A DNA stretch of 64,000 bases from Vicinamibacteria bacterium (lineage in GTDB: Bacteria > Acidobacteriota > Vicinamibacteria > Marinacidobacterales > Marinacidobacteraceae): the NCBI GenBank assembly GCA_963422395.1, contig OY729431.1:1664001-1728000 (forward strand), read 5' to 3'. Positions 1 through 9,294 of this stretch are shown piece after piece (position 1 is the first letter of the stretch; each line of letters starts with the position of its first letter). The notes beneath the pieces are model-generated. The model searched no databases and was not told the DNA's origin. It saw only the letters and a program-made list of their open reading frames with translations. A program made the position numbers and the translations under genes.

Positions 1-115
1 CGGGGCACCACCGGCGGAGCCCGCGCTCCGAAACGCGCGGAAGGCGTCGGCCAGAGGCGGAAGGAGAATCTGCAAATCTGGTGCGACCGCGCCGCGCCGG
101 ATTCTAAAGGTCCCG

Positions 116-3100
116 GTGAGCGGCGGGAAACGGCGAGAGCAGTCCGTGGAGGAAGGGGCAGCGCTTCCAGAGCGGGGAAGCGCGCGGCACGGTTCCGTCC
201 GTATGATCCGGGATTCCATGATGGACACGGATTCGGGAACCGCTTCTTCGAACGGTCTCGAGGTCCGCCGATTTCCGAGCTGGGGCGGGCTCCGCGAATG
301 GGTGATCCAGGAAGCAGCACGGGCCGCCGCCCCTGCCCCGGACGGGCAGGCGCATCGGGGGGCCGGGCCTCTCCGGATCCTGGTTCCGAGCACCGGGGCC
401 GCCTGGGTCCTGGAGCGGGCTTTGAGGACGGGGCTCTCGGACGCTCGAAGCGCCGCGTTCCCCGAGGTGGGGATCGTCGAAGATCTCTTTCGCGATCTGC
501 TCGGAGACCTCGATCCTCCCTTCCGGCTGGCGCCTCCGCTGGTTCGGGAAATTCTCATGGAGGAAGCCCTGCTCGCCGGCGCTTCGGATGCGGAAGCCCC
601 TCCGGGAGATCCGGCGCAGCTCGCCGATGCCTTCCTCTCCTTCCTCGACGGGCAGGCGGCGGACCGCACCATCGACGCGGCACAGCCGGCTTTCGAACAA
701 TTCGTGCAACGGGCGGAGCGGCATCTCGGCGAGGCCCGGGAGTCCGACGACGGCGCCGCGCGTCTGCTCGGGCTCACCCATTGGCTTTCGCGGGCCCACT
801 CGCGGTATCTCGAAGCTCTCGAAGCGGCGGCGCGGGCCGATGCCGATCGCGCGCGCCGCCTCCTCTTCGCCCGCGCGGCCTCGATTCGACCGCGATTCCG
901 GGGGATGCGGACGATCGCAGTCGGCGAAGACGCGCTCCGTCCCGCCGATCGGGAACTGCTCGCCGAATTGCTTCCTCCCGGAGGACTCGTCCTCGGGCTG
1001 GCCGCAGGAGCGGCGGATCCCCTTCCCCCATCCCTCCCGCCGCCGGCGGCGCTCCCGGCTGGGGGATCTCCGGGGCTTCCCGGCGAACCCGAGCCCCCTG
1101 CCCGGATCCCGTCCCGGCAAGCGACCCTGTTCGAGCCGCTGCCTGAGAACCGCGTTCCGCCGACCCTCTTCGTGCCTGGAGGGGAGAGCGCCGGGCTGAT
1201 CTTCCGCGCTACCGACCGAGAAGGGGAAGTGCGTGCCGCCGCCTCGCTGCTCTGCCGTTTTCGAGAAGAGAGCGGCTCCCGTTTTCGCGGATTCGACCGC
1301 TGCGCGCTGGCAGCGCAAAGGCCGAGCGACTACCGGGACGCCGCGGATTCCGTGCTTCCCGACTTCGGGATTCCGCTCGACACCAGGGAAGGGCCTCGCC
1401 TGACCTCGGAACCGTGGGCGGCGTCGCTCGGTGATGTTCTGGAGTTCGCTGCGAACCCCGGCCGGCTTTCCTCGGGGATCCGGATGCTGCGCGGACCGTT
1501 CTTCCGTGACTCGCAGCTGCCGCTCCCGCCTCCCCGGTGCGCCGACATCCTGGCCGGCGAAGCGGCCCGCGCCGGGATGCGCGACACGAACGCCCTCGAC
1601 GATTTCCCCCGCCTCGCGGGGCGTTTCCTGCAGCGGTCGGAACAGGCCCGCAGGGCCGCCGAGAATTCGGAGAGACCGGAACGGCGGCGCGAAAGGGCGG
1701 CAGCACTTGCGGCCGCCGGTGCCGCCCTTTCGCGGTTGACGGTTTTCTCCGGGGCGCTCGCACCGCTCTGCGACCCGGACGCCGGCTTCCGCGCCGCAGT
1801 GGAGGGGTTGACGACCTTCCTCGAAGAATTCTTGCAGCCTGTCGAAGTGGAGCCAAACGAGATTCCGGAACGAACGCTGCAGATTCTGCGGCAGGCAGCC
1901 GCGGCAGCGCCCGAGGCCGCCCGTTCCGGCGGCGCCGAAGCGTTTGCCCGCCGGATTCGCCGTTTACTGAATCGCCGCCGCCTTCCGGGAAGCCCGCCGC
2001 CGAAAACGGGCCGGGCCGCCCGTTCCGGCGGCGTGCACCTGATCGCCGCCCAAGACGCCCCGTTCGGCGATTACGACTTCCTGGTGCTGCTCGGCATGGT
2101 GGACGCCGACTGGCCCGCCCGCCGTCCCCAGAACATCCTCTTCCCGAACCGACTGCTCGAACCAGCCACCCGCGCCCGCGAGCGGCGGCGGGCCGATCAG
2201 GAAATCCGTCTTCTCTCGGAGTTCTCGACCCTCCCCCGACAGGCGGCCGCCTTCACTCGCCCCGACCTCGAAGACGGTTTCCCGGTGGGCGTATCTCCAC
2301 TCGAGATCGAACTCGTCGAGGCCTCGCGAACGCGAAACCCGCGCCGCCGCCCGGTCACGATCCGAAACCGCCGCCTCGGGGTGGAAGACGAAGAGCAGGA
2401 GGTCTCGCCGCTCCCGCTCGCGCTCGACCGCCGCGCCCCCTCGGCGGCCGTGCTCGAACGCGCGGTCTCTCCCAGCGCCCTCGACATCTATGCCAGGAGT
2501 CCGGCCCAGTTCTTCGCCCGCTACATGCTGCGTCTCGAAGAAGAGTCCTCTCCGGTAGAAGTGGCGACTCCCGCGGAGCGGGGCGAAGTGATTCACCGCT
2601 TCCTCGAGAGGGGTTACCGGGCGCTCGCCGCGGCCGGCACCGTGCTCGGCGAATCCAGCCTGGACCAGGTCTCGGCGTTCCTCCGCGAGGAGTTCCGGGC
2701 CTTCGCCGGAGCACTGCCGTGGAGCGAGGCCGAACGAAACACCGAAGAGCGGTGGCTCTTCGGCGGGGACGCGACGCCCGGAGCCATGGAATGGTTTCTG
2801 CGCGAGGAAGCAGAACGGGGACCGGCCCGGCCGACGGAGTTCGAGAAGTGGATTTCGGGCGAAGTGGAGAGCGCTGCTCCCGGTGCAGCGCCGCTCGTGG
2901 TCGAGGGGCGGCTGGATCGCCTCGATCTCCTGGATCGCCCGTCCGGCCAAACCCGGCGGGTCGTCGAATACAAGACCGGCCGGTTCCACCGCAAACCACT
3001 CCAGGCTCGGCTCTATGCCCGCATCCTCGAGGCGAACGACGGCGAGCCCACCGATTTCGCCGTTCCCTTCCTGGGAAGCCGGGATTGGATCGGTCCGGAC

Positions 3101-3262
3101 TCGCAGCCGGGTGACGACGAGCAGGACGAACTCATCCGCAAGGTCCGCGGCGGCCTCGCCCGGGGGGACTTTCCGCCGCCGGCCGACCAGGACAGCCCCT
3201 TCGACTTCCACCTCGTGATCCGACGGGACCTGCCGGACGCCTCTGCCGAATCTGCCTCCTGA
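116..3262 (+). CDS. addB: AddB/RexB-like subunit: inactive helicase-like body plus C-terminal PD-(D/E)XK nuclease
   Basis: 1048-aa ORF; C-terminal nuclease motifs EGRLDRLD, VVEYKTG, LQARLY; SPSAL..Y..SP..FF block; directly upstream of a UvrD helicase. Start may be later (ATG 203/218). Confidence 0.75.
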   Translation: MSGGKRREQSVEEGAALPERGSARHGSVRMIRDSMMDTDSGTASSNGLEVRRFPSWGGLREWVIQEAARAAAPAPDGQAHRGAGPLRILVPSTGAAWVLERALRTGLSDARSAAFPEVGIVEDLFRDLLGDLDPPFRLAPPLVREILMEEALLAGASDAEAPPGDPAQLADAFLSFLDGQAADRTIDAAQPAFEQFVQRAERHLGEARESDDGAARLLGLTHWLSRAHSRYLEALEAAARADADRARRLLFARAASIRPRFRGMRTIAVGEDALRPADRELLAELLPPGGLVLGLAAGAADPLPPSLPPPAALPAGGSPGLPGEPEPPARIPSRQATLFEPLPENRVPPTLFVPGGESAGLIFRATDREGEVRAAASLLCRFREESGSRFRGFDRCALAAQRPSDYRDAADSVLPDFGIPLDTREGPRLTSEPWAASLGDVLEFAANPGRLSSGIRMLRGPFFRDSQLPLPPPRCADILAGEAARAGMRDTNALDDFPRLAGRFLQRSEQARRAAENSERPERRRERAAALAAAGAALSRLTVFSGALAPLCDPDAGFRAAVEGLTTFLEEFLQPVEVEPNEIPERTLQILRQAAAAAPEAARSGGAEAFARRIRRLLNRRRLPGSPPPKTGRAARSGGVHLIAAQDAPFGDYDFLVLLGMVDADWPARRPQNILFPNRLLEPATRARERRRADQEIRLLSEFSTLPRQAAAFTRPDLEDGFPVGVSPLEIELVEASRTRNPRRRPVTIRNRRLGVEDEEQEVSPLPLALDRRAPSAAVLERAVSPSALDIYARSPAQFFARYMLRLEEESSPVEVATPAERGEVIHRFLERGYRALAAAGTVLGESSLDQVSAFLREEFRAFAGALPWSEAERNTEERWLFGGDATPGAMEWFLREEAERGPARPTEFEKWISGEVESAAPGAAPLVVEGRLDRLDLLDRPSGQTRRVVEYKTGRFHRKPLQARLYARILEANDGEPTDFAVPFLGSRDWIGPDSQPGDDEQDELIRKVRGGLARGDFPPPADQDSPFDFHLVIRRDLPDASAESAS

Positions 3263-3266
3263 TCCG

Positions 3267-5957
3267 ATGGGGGAAAAACTCTTTCCGCCCGATGCGTCCG
3301 CGCGGCGGGCCGCGGCCGATCCGTCACGGAATGTGGTGCTGCGCGCCTCGGCGGGCACCGGGAAAACCACGGTGCTGACCGATCGCTATATCCGGCTCGT
3401 CGAGTGCGGCGTTCCCCCCCGCAACATCCTCGCCCTCACCTTCACCAGGAAGGCAGCCCAGGAAATGAAGGACCGCATCGTCGGGGAGCTGGGAACCGGC
3501 GACCGGCGGCGGGCGCTCGCCGGTCGGACGGATGTCGCCGAGGTGAACATCTCGACACTCGACGCCTTCACCCTCGGCCTCATCCGGGAGTTTCCCCTGG
3601 ACGCCGCGGTGAGCCCCGGAATCGAGGTGCTCGACGAGCGTTCCATGCCGGTGATGCAGCAGCAGGCGATCCGGCGGGTCTTCTCCGGGGCGACCGGCTT
3701 CGATCGAGAAACGCTCGGAATGCTGCCGCTGCTGCTCGACCGCTCGCGGGGGCAGGTCGAACAGGCCGCCCGCACCTACCTCCAACGCCGGCTCGTCTGG
3801 CGCAAACGCTTCCAGGAAAAGGCGGTCGAAGCGGAGGGCCGGCCGCTACCGAAGGCCCCCTGTTTGCGGAACTTCTTCCAGGAGGCCGCCTCCTCGTGCG
3901 AGCGCCTGCGGACGGCGGGCAGGGAGGCCGGCTTTCCGCTGCCGGCGCGCCTGGCACTTCGCCTCGCGAAGCAGGACAGCGCCCGGGATGCGCTCGACCG
4001 CGAGGCACTGGAACGGTTCTTCCCGGTGAACCGGAAGACTCCGCCGAAGAACTTGCCGAAGGGACTCCGCCGGGATTTTCGGACCGTGGCTGCGAGGGTC
4101 CGGGAGTTCCGATCCCGCTGGCTCGATTTCCTGAATGAACGCGCCTTCGAGCCGGTGTGGGAGCTGTTCCAGGCAGTGGAGAGCGAGTACCAACGACTGA
4201 AGCGGGAACGCGGGGTGATGGACTTCGACGATCTCACCGTAACCGCGACCCGCCTGCTCGCGGGACTCGGGGAGTTCTCGGCCAGCCGGTTCCGGCTCGA
4301 GTCCCGCTACCACCATCTGCTTCTCGACGAGTTCCACGACACCAGCGACGCTCAGTGGGAACTGCTCCGCACCGTCATTCGCCCCTGGACCGCGGGGATG
4401 GGCCTCACCGCCGAGGAGGTGCAGCGCGTGACCCGGGGACGCCTCTCAGGGCCGACGATCTTCGTGGTGGGCGACCACAAGCAGTCCATCTACCGCTTCC
4501 GAGACGCCCGCGTCGAGATTCTCGGCCGCGCCGAGGCAGAGATCCGCAGGCTTCGGGACCCGGCCGGCGAGCCGGACCCCCGGGTGGTGCTGCGCTGGAA
4601 CTTTCGCTCCACGAGACGCCTCCGCCGCTTCGTCAACAGCGCCTCCCGCCGCATCGCGGCACCCCCCGGGGGGGAGTCTGCGGCAGACTGGGCATTCCGC
4701 TACGGTGAGGACGATTTCCTTCCCGAGGCCGAGGGGCCGGAGGACCGAGCCGCCGAAGGAGATCCCATCGGCCGCCCAGCGCTTTCGGTCGCGGTCGGAG
4801 AGACCCACGAATCGGTTGCGGAGTGCGTCGCCCACCGGATTCGGGCGCTGGTCGAGAACGGCGCCCGGGAGGAGAGCATCGCCATGCTGGCACGAACCGG
4901 CACGAAGCTCTCCCTCTATCGGGAGGCGGTAGAACGCCTCGGGATTTCGGCGTACCTGATGCGGGGGGCAGGCTTCTTCGATACCCCGGAGGTGCGCGAT
5001 CTGCGAGCGCTCCTCCGATTCCTCGCGCGCCCCCATTCGGACCGGCGAGCGGTGGAGATGCTGCGTTCCCGATTCTTCGCGCTTTCGGGAGAAGACCTCG
5101 CCCGGCTCCGACTGGCCAGTGCGGCGGCTACCCCGTTCTCCGATCTGCTCCGCTCCGGCGGCGAAACCCAGCCGCCCGGACTCGAGGCGGCGTGCGCCGG
5201 CCGGCTCCGGGACGCAGGGGGCGCCGCCGCCCCCTGGATCCTCCTTACTCGCCGGTTGACGCCCTCCCGCGCCGTCATCCGGGTCCTCGAGGAAACCCGC
5301 TACTCCGCGCGTGTGCTGGCTGCGGCCCGGCGACCCCACGAGGGCCGTCAGCAGGCGGCGAATGTAGCGAAGACACTCCAACTCTTGCGAAGCTTCGAGA
5401 AGGAAGGATTCGCGAGCATGGAGCGCGTTGCCGAGCGGTTCGAAAGCGCCGCCGACGGCGACTCCACCCACGCTCCGGTCGAGGCGGGGGGAGCGGTCCA
5501 GACGCTGTCCATCCACGCCGCGAAAGGCCTCGAGTTCGAGCATGTGTTCCTCGTGGACTGCGGCAGCAGCGGGCGGGGCGACAGCGGAATCCCGCGCGTC
5601 CGGGAGAGCGGTTCGGGCCGCTGGAGCATCGCTCTGATCCGGGACGCCGCTCACTGGAAACTGGACGACGGCGGGCGGGCCGAGTCCGAGGAACGCCGCT
5701 GCCTCTATGTGGCGATGACCCGTGCCAGACGGACCCTCTCGCTGTCGTGGACCACGAAGTTCCGGAAGGATGGGACCCCGTTCAAACCCCGAGGCCTCGC
5801 CGCTCTGCTCCCCGCCGATCTCTTCGCGGCGGCTTCCGCGACCGTTCGCGATCCGAAACCCGCGTTGGTCTGGGAAGGGCACCCGATCGAAGTGCTCCCC
5901 CCGCCGGCGGCGAAAGCGAACCCGCCGGCGGCGAAAGCGAACCCGCCGGCGGTATGA
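3267..5957 (+). CDS. addA: AddA/UvrD-family SF1A helicase without C-terminal nuclease domain
   Basis: Walker A ASAGTGKT, LTFTRKAA, LLDEFHDT, VGDHKQSIYRFR, NFRS, SIHAAKGLEF, YVAMTRA. Confidence 0.85.
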   Translation: MGEKLFPPDASARRAAADPSRNVVLRASAGTGKTTVLTDRYIRLVECGVPPRNILALTFTRKAAQEMKDRIVGELGTGDRRRALAGRTDVAEVNISTLDAFTLGLIREFPLDAAVSPGIEVLDERSMPVMQQQAIRRVFSGATGFDRETLGMLPLLLDRSRGQVEQAARTYLQRRLVWRKRFQEKAVEAEGRPLPKAPCLRNFFQEAASSCERLRTAGREAGFPLPARLALRLAKQDSARDALDREALERFFPVNRKTPPKNLPKGLRRDFRTVAARVREFRSRWLDFLNERAFEPVWELFQAVESEYQRLKRERGVMDFDDLTVTATRLLAGLGEFSASRFRLESRYHHLLLDEFHDTSDAQWELLRTVIRPWTAGMGLTAEEVQRVTRGRLSGPTIFVVGDHKQSIYRFRDARVEILGRAEAEIRRLRDPAGEPDPRVVLRWNFRSTRRLRRFVNSASRRIAAPPGGESAADWAFRYGEDDFLPEAEGPEDRAAEGDPIGRPALSVAVGETHESVAECVAHRIRALVENGAREESIAMLARTGTKLSLYREAVERLGISAYLMRGAGFFDTPEVRDLRALLRFLARPHSDRRAVEMLRSRFFALSGEDLARLRLASAAATPFSDLLRSGGETQPPGLEAACAGRLRDAGGAAAPWILLTRRLTPSRAVIRVLEETRYSARVLAAARRPHEGRQQAANVAKTLQLLRSFEKEGFASMERVAERFESAADGDSTHAPVEAGGAVQTLSIHAAKGLEFEHVFLVDCGSSGRGDSGIPRVRESGSGRWSIALIRDAAHWKLDDGGRAESEERRCLYVAMTRARRTLSLSWTTKFRKDGTPFKPRGLAALLPADLFAAASATVRDPKPALVWEGHPIEVLPPPAAKANPPAAKANPPAV
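5901..5952 (+). repeat. 21-bp in-frame tandem repeat (PPAAKAN x2.5) at the helicase 3' end
   Basis: ccgccggcggcgaaagcgaac occurs twice plus a partial copy. Confidence 0.9.
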
Positions 5958-6571
5958 CGGAGACGCCCGCCGCCCGGAAACGGCGATTCACCGCCACCCG
6001 GCTGCTCGCCCACCGGCTCTTCCATCGCGCCTTGACGGTCGGCCCGACGCCAGACCCGGAGCGGGCGGATGCCGCCTTCGCACCCGCTCCTCCCGATCAG
6101 GACGCCGCGCTCCGGCTGGTGGACGAACGGCTCGTCCCCGGCCCCGAAGCCCGGCACGCGGCCGCCGCGGAAGCCCTCCTCCTCTGCCGGGCCGCGCTCG
6201 CCGTAACCCGCCCGGGGGGGATGCTCGACGGCCGGCTTCGCACGAACCTCCGAATCAACGCCCCCCGCGCCGGCGGCGGCGTCGGCGTCGTCTCGATCCC
6301 GACCCTGATCCAGGGTCCCGACGGCATGGTCTCGGTCGTCGCCATGCAGCCTTCCGGCGAACCCCTCGCCGTTCGCCGGGCCCGCTGCTACCGAAGGGCG
6401 GCCGCGATCCTCTTCGACCGTCCGGTTCGCGCGTTCATCGTCCGCCCGGACGGTTCCCCGCAGGAGCTTCCGGCGCGCCGGACTCGCCGCAGCGAACCGA
6501 CCGCGGCCGCGAATCGAGACAGAGGATGTTCTCCGTCCGCCCATCGGCGATCCGGGCGCAGGCCCCGGTGA
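5954..6571 (+). CDS. Stand-alone degenerate AddA-type nuclease domain (about 205 aa)
   Basis: ATG overlaps the addA stop (ATGA); 3' part of ORF 4823..6571; residual pattern HRLFHRAL ... VSIPTLI ... VSVVAMQ ... RARCY..AAAILF follows the layout of a PD-(D/E)XK domain. Confidence 0.55.
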   Translation: MTETPAARKRRFTATRLLAHRLFHRALTVGPTPDPERADAAFAPAPPDQDAALRLVDERLVPGPEARHAAAAEALLLCRAALAVTRPGGMLDGRLRTNLRINAPRAGGGVGVVSIPTLIQGPDGMVSVVAMQPSGEPLAVRRARCYRRAAAILFDRPVRAFIVRPDGSPQELPARRTRRSEPTAAANRDRGCSPSAHRRSGRRPR

Positions 6572-6758
6572 CGGCGGCGCGGACCGCGTCCTGCTCGGTC
6601 GCCCCGCGCGCGCTCACCGTCGCCTGCCGACCCGCCAGCTCCATCGTCACCTCGCAGCGGATTTCCCCCATCGTGACAGTAGAGAGCACGACGAACCCGA
6701 CCAGCAGGGCGAACAGCGCGAAGACGATCCAGCCCGCGCGGCGAGCTCGGCGGTTCAC
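6435..6758 (-). CDS. Small membrane-anchored hypothetical protein with 4 Cys
   Basis: Basic N-terminus then TM helix; start overlaps the stop of the upstream gene (GTGA). Confidence 0.6.
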   Translation of the reverse strand: MNRRARRAGWIVFALFALLVGFVVLSTVTMGEIRCEVTMELAGRQATVSARGATEQDAVRAAVTGACARIADGRTENILCLDSRPRSVRCGESGAPEAPAGNRPGGR

Positions 6759-7660
6759 ACCGATTCCCGGCGGAGGGGGCGAGTCAGACAGGTCGGTCCG
6801 CCGGAACCGTTCTCGCTGATCTCGCTCCCGTCATAGGTCAGGACCTCGAATCCTTCTCGCCGGAGGCGTTCGTTCGTGAGCCGGTTCCGCGCGAGGGCCA
6901 ACAGGGCGCCGTCTCCGAGCGCGAGAACATTCGCAGCCATCGTCTCCCGTTCCTCCTCGAGGATCGAAATCAGACGGAATCCCCGTTCCCCGAGCCGAGC
7001 GAGGGTCGGCACTCCCAGAAACCGCGGATCCGCGAGCACGGTTCGTTCTTCGAGAACACTGAGCAGGGACATCAGATGGAGGCAGCGCCCGGGCCCGTCC
7101 CCGTGGGGGAGCGGCGCTGCGATCACCTCGACTCCGTCGGCGCGCAGGAGATCGCGCAACCGGAGGATTCCGGCGGCGTTCGTCCGGTACCCCTCCCCGG
7201 CGAGCACCGTCCGCTCGTCGAGCCAGACGAGATCGCCGCCCTCCATGATTCCCGGAGCTTCGATGGTGCCGAGCATCGGAATTCCGCGAGCGGCGTAGAG
7301 CCGCGCGTGCGCCTCGGGTTCGCGGCGGCGCGCCGGCTTTCCCATCCGCATCAGGACCATGCCCCGGCGCGAAGGAAAGGAAGCGTCGTGGCAGTACACC
7401 GCGTCCGGCGTCAGCCCGGGGGCGCCCGCCGGAAGTTCCACGATATCCACCCCGCGCGCCTCGAGGATCGAGCGCAGCTCTTCGTGCTGCCGCGAGGCCG
7501 CAGCCAGCTCGGGAGGATGGAGATATCCGAGCTCGCGCCAGTCTGAAGAAGACCCGTTCCAACCGGCCGACCGCGGCCCGATGAGGAGGGTCTCGACCAA
7601 GCGCCCGCACATGTTCGGCGCGCCGAGGTCCGCCGGGGCTTTCGCCGCCGTCGTCGTCAT
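6755..7660 (-). CDS. Amidinotransferase/DDAH (pentein) family guanidino-modifying hydrolase
   Basis: PDAVYCHD, MEGGD, GYRTN, CLHLMS, C-terminal GSGGPTCLT catalytic Cys. Confidence 0.85.
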   Translation of the reverse strand: MTTTAAKAPADLGAPNMCGRLVETLLIGPRSAGWNGSSSDWRELGYLHPPELAAASRQHEELRSILEARGVDIVELPAGAPGLTPDAVYCHDASFPSRRGMVLMRMGKPARRREPEAHARLYAARGIPMLGTIEAPGIMEGGDLVWLDERTVLAGEGYRTNAAGILRLRDLLRADGVEVIAAPLPHGDGPGRCLHLMSLLSVLEERTVLADPRFLGVPTLARLGERGFRLISILEEERETMAANVLALGDGALLALARNRLTNERLRREGFEVLTYDGSEISENGSGGPTCLTRPLRRESV

Positions 7661-7676
7661 GGGACGGGAACCCTAG

Positions 7677-7855
7677 AGCAGCCTGTGGACAAAGTCACAC
7701 GGCCGTCGATCAGAGATGCCCAGTTCTCCCGGTGGGGGCCCCGCCTGAACGCTTCGCTCGGCGTTGCGATTCCGTCGGAATACACCCGGTATGCCTCCCG
7801 AATCGCGCCTTGTCCGCCGGGCGCCTCACCGATCTTGGGGCTCGCGCCACTTTAT
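7677..7855 (+). mobile_element. MITE-like element, copy 1 (right TIR truncated)
   Basis: Left end agcagcctgtggacaaagt; about 105 bp near-identical to the reverse complement of 42607-42711. Confidence 0.7.
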
Positions 7856-7910
7856 AGCCGGGAGCCGGCGGGGGTATGCTCGAACGCTCCCTGGAGGCCC
7901 TTCGCTCGAC

Positions 7911-9227
7911 ATGTCCCTTCGCTCTATCTCGCCAAAGTGCATTCCTGCCGTTCCCGCTGCCGCCTTCGCCGCCGCCTGCCTGGCCGGTTGCGCGTCCGAG
8001 CCGCCGCCCCTCCCGGGAGTCACCGCCTTCACCGGAGCCCGGGTCTGGGACGGCGCGAGCAGCGCCGCCGTCGAAGATGCGGTTCTCCTGGTGGACCAGG
8101 GCCGGGTGGCGGCAGTCGGCCCCGCCGGCGAGGTGGAGATTCCGGCCGGCGCTGCTATCGAGGACCTTTCGGGGAGGACCGTGATTCCCGGCTTCATCAA
8201 CGCCCACGCCCACGCGAGCGGCGTGATGGGACTCGAAACCGGCCACTACGACCGCGAGAACCTCATCCGCCAGCTGAGTCTCTACGCCCGCTACGGCGTC
8301 ACCAGCATCGCTTCGCTCGGCGGCGACGGGCCCGAGGCCGCGGCGCTCCGCGACGAGCAGGACGACACCCTCGACCGCGCCCGCATCTGGATCGCCGGGG
8401 AGGTCATCGGCGGCGGAACGCCCGAGGAGGCGGAGGAATCGGTATCCCGGAGCCTGGCGCTGCCGGCGGACTTCCTCAAGATGCGGGTGGACACGAACCT
8501 CGGCGTGAACGAACGGGTTCCCCCGGAGACCATCGAGAGAGTGATGGAACTCGCCCGCGAGGCCGGCAAACGGGTCACGACCCACATCTTCTACCTCGAA
8601 GACGCCAAGGAAGTGCTGCGCGCCGGCTCCGGCCTCATCGCCCACAGCGTCCGGGACCAGCCGGTGGACGAGGAATTCCTCGAGATGATGCGGGAAGAGG
8701 AGGTCTGCTATGTCCCGACGCTCGTCCGGGAGATCTCTACCTTCGTCTATGCCGAAACGCCGGACTTCTTCGAAGATCCCTTCTTCCTGAAGGAAGCCGA
8801 CCCGGCGGTCCTCGAGCAACTGCGGGAACCGGAACGGATGGCCGCCGTGGCTGCGAGCCCCGCCGCCGAGGGCTACCGGGAGCACTATCCCATCGCCGTG
8901 GCGAACCTGAAGGCAGTCGCCGACGCGGGGGTCACCATCGCCTTCGGCACCGACACCGGGCCCGCGGGGCGCTTCCAGGGCTACTTCGAACACCTGGAAA
9001 CTGCGGAAATGGCGGAAGCCGGCCTCAGCGCCGGGCAGATCCTGCGCTCGGCCACCGGCGACGCCGCCCGCTGCCTAGATCTCGAAGGAGTCGGAACCCT
9101 CGTCCCCGGGCACTGGGCCGACTTCATCGTTCTCGACGAGAACCCCCTCGAAGACATCGCCGCGCTCCGGACCATCGACCGGGTCGTCGTCGCCGGAAAC
9201 ACCGTTCCCGGCAGCTCGGCAGAGTAG
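7911..9227 (+). CDS. Amidohydrolase family lipoprotein
   Basis: LAGC lipobox, PGFINAHAH metal motif, FGTD, GHWAD; the ORF extension to 7764 lies within the repeat. Confidence 0.85.
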   Translation: MSLRSISPKCIPAVPAAAFAAACLAGCASEPPPLPGVTAFTGARVWDGASSAAVEDAVLLVDQGRVAAVGPAGEVEIPAGAAIEDLSGRTVIPGFINAHAHASGVMGLETGHYDRENLIRQLSLYARYGVTSIASLGGDGPEAAALRDEQDDTLDRARIWIAGEVIGGGTPEEAEESVSRSLALPADFLKMRVDTNLGVNERVPPETIERVMELAREAGKRVTTHIFYLEDAKEVLRAGSGLIAHSVRDQPVDEEFLEMMREEEVCYVPTLVREISTFVYAETPDFFEDPFFLKEADPAVLEQLREPERMAAVAASPAAEGYREHYPIAVANLKAVADAGVTIAFGTDTGPAGRFQGYFEHLETAEMAEAGLSAGQILRSATGDAARCLDLEGVGTLVPGHWADFIVLDENPLEDIAALRTIDRVVVAGNTVPGSSAE

Positions 9228-9294
9228 CGAAGGACGGAAGGGTTCCCGCCGTGATCGCCTGCCGGTGGGCCGCTGCGATCGGGCGGCACCGCGG

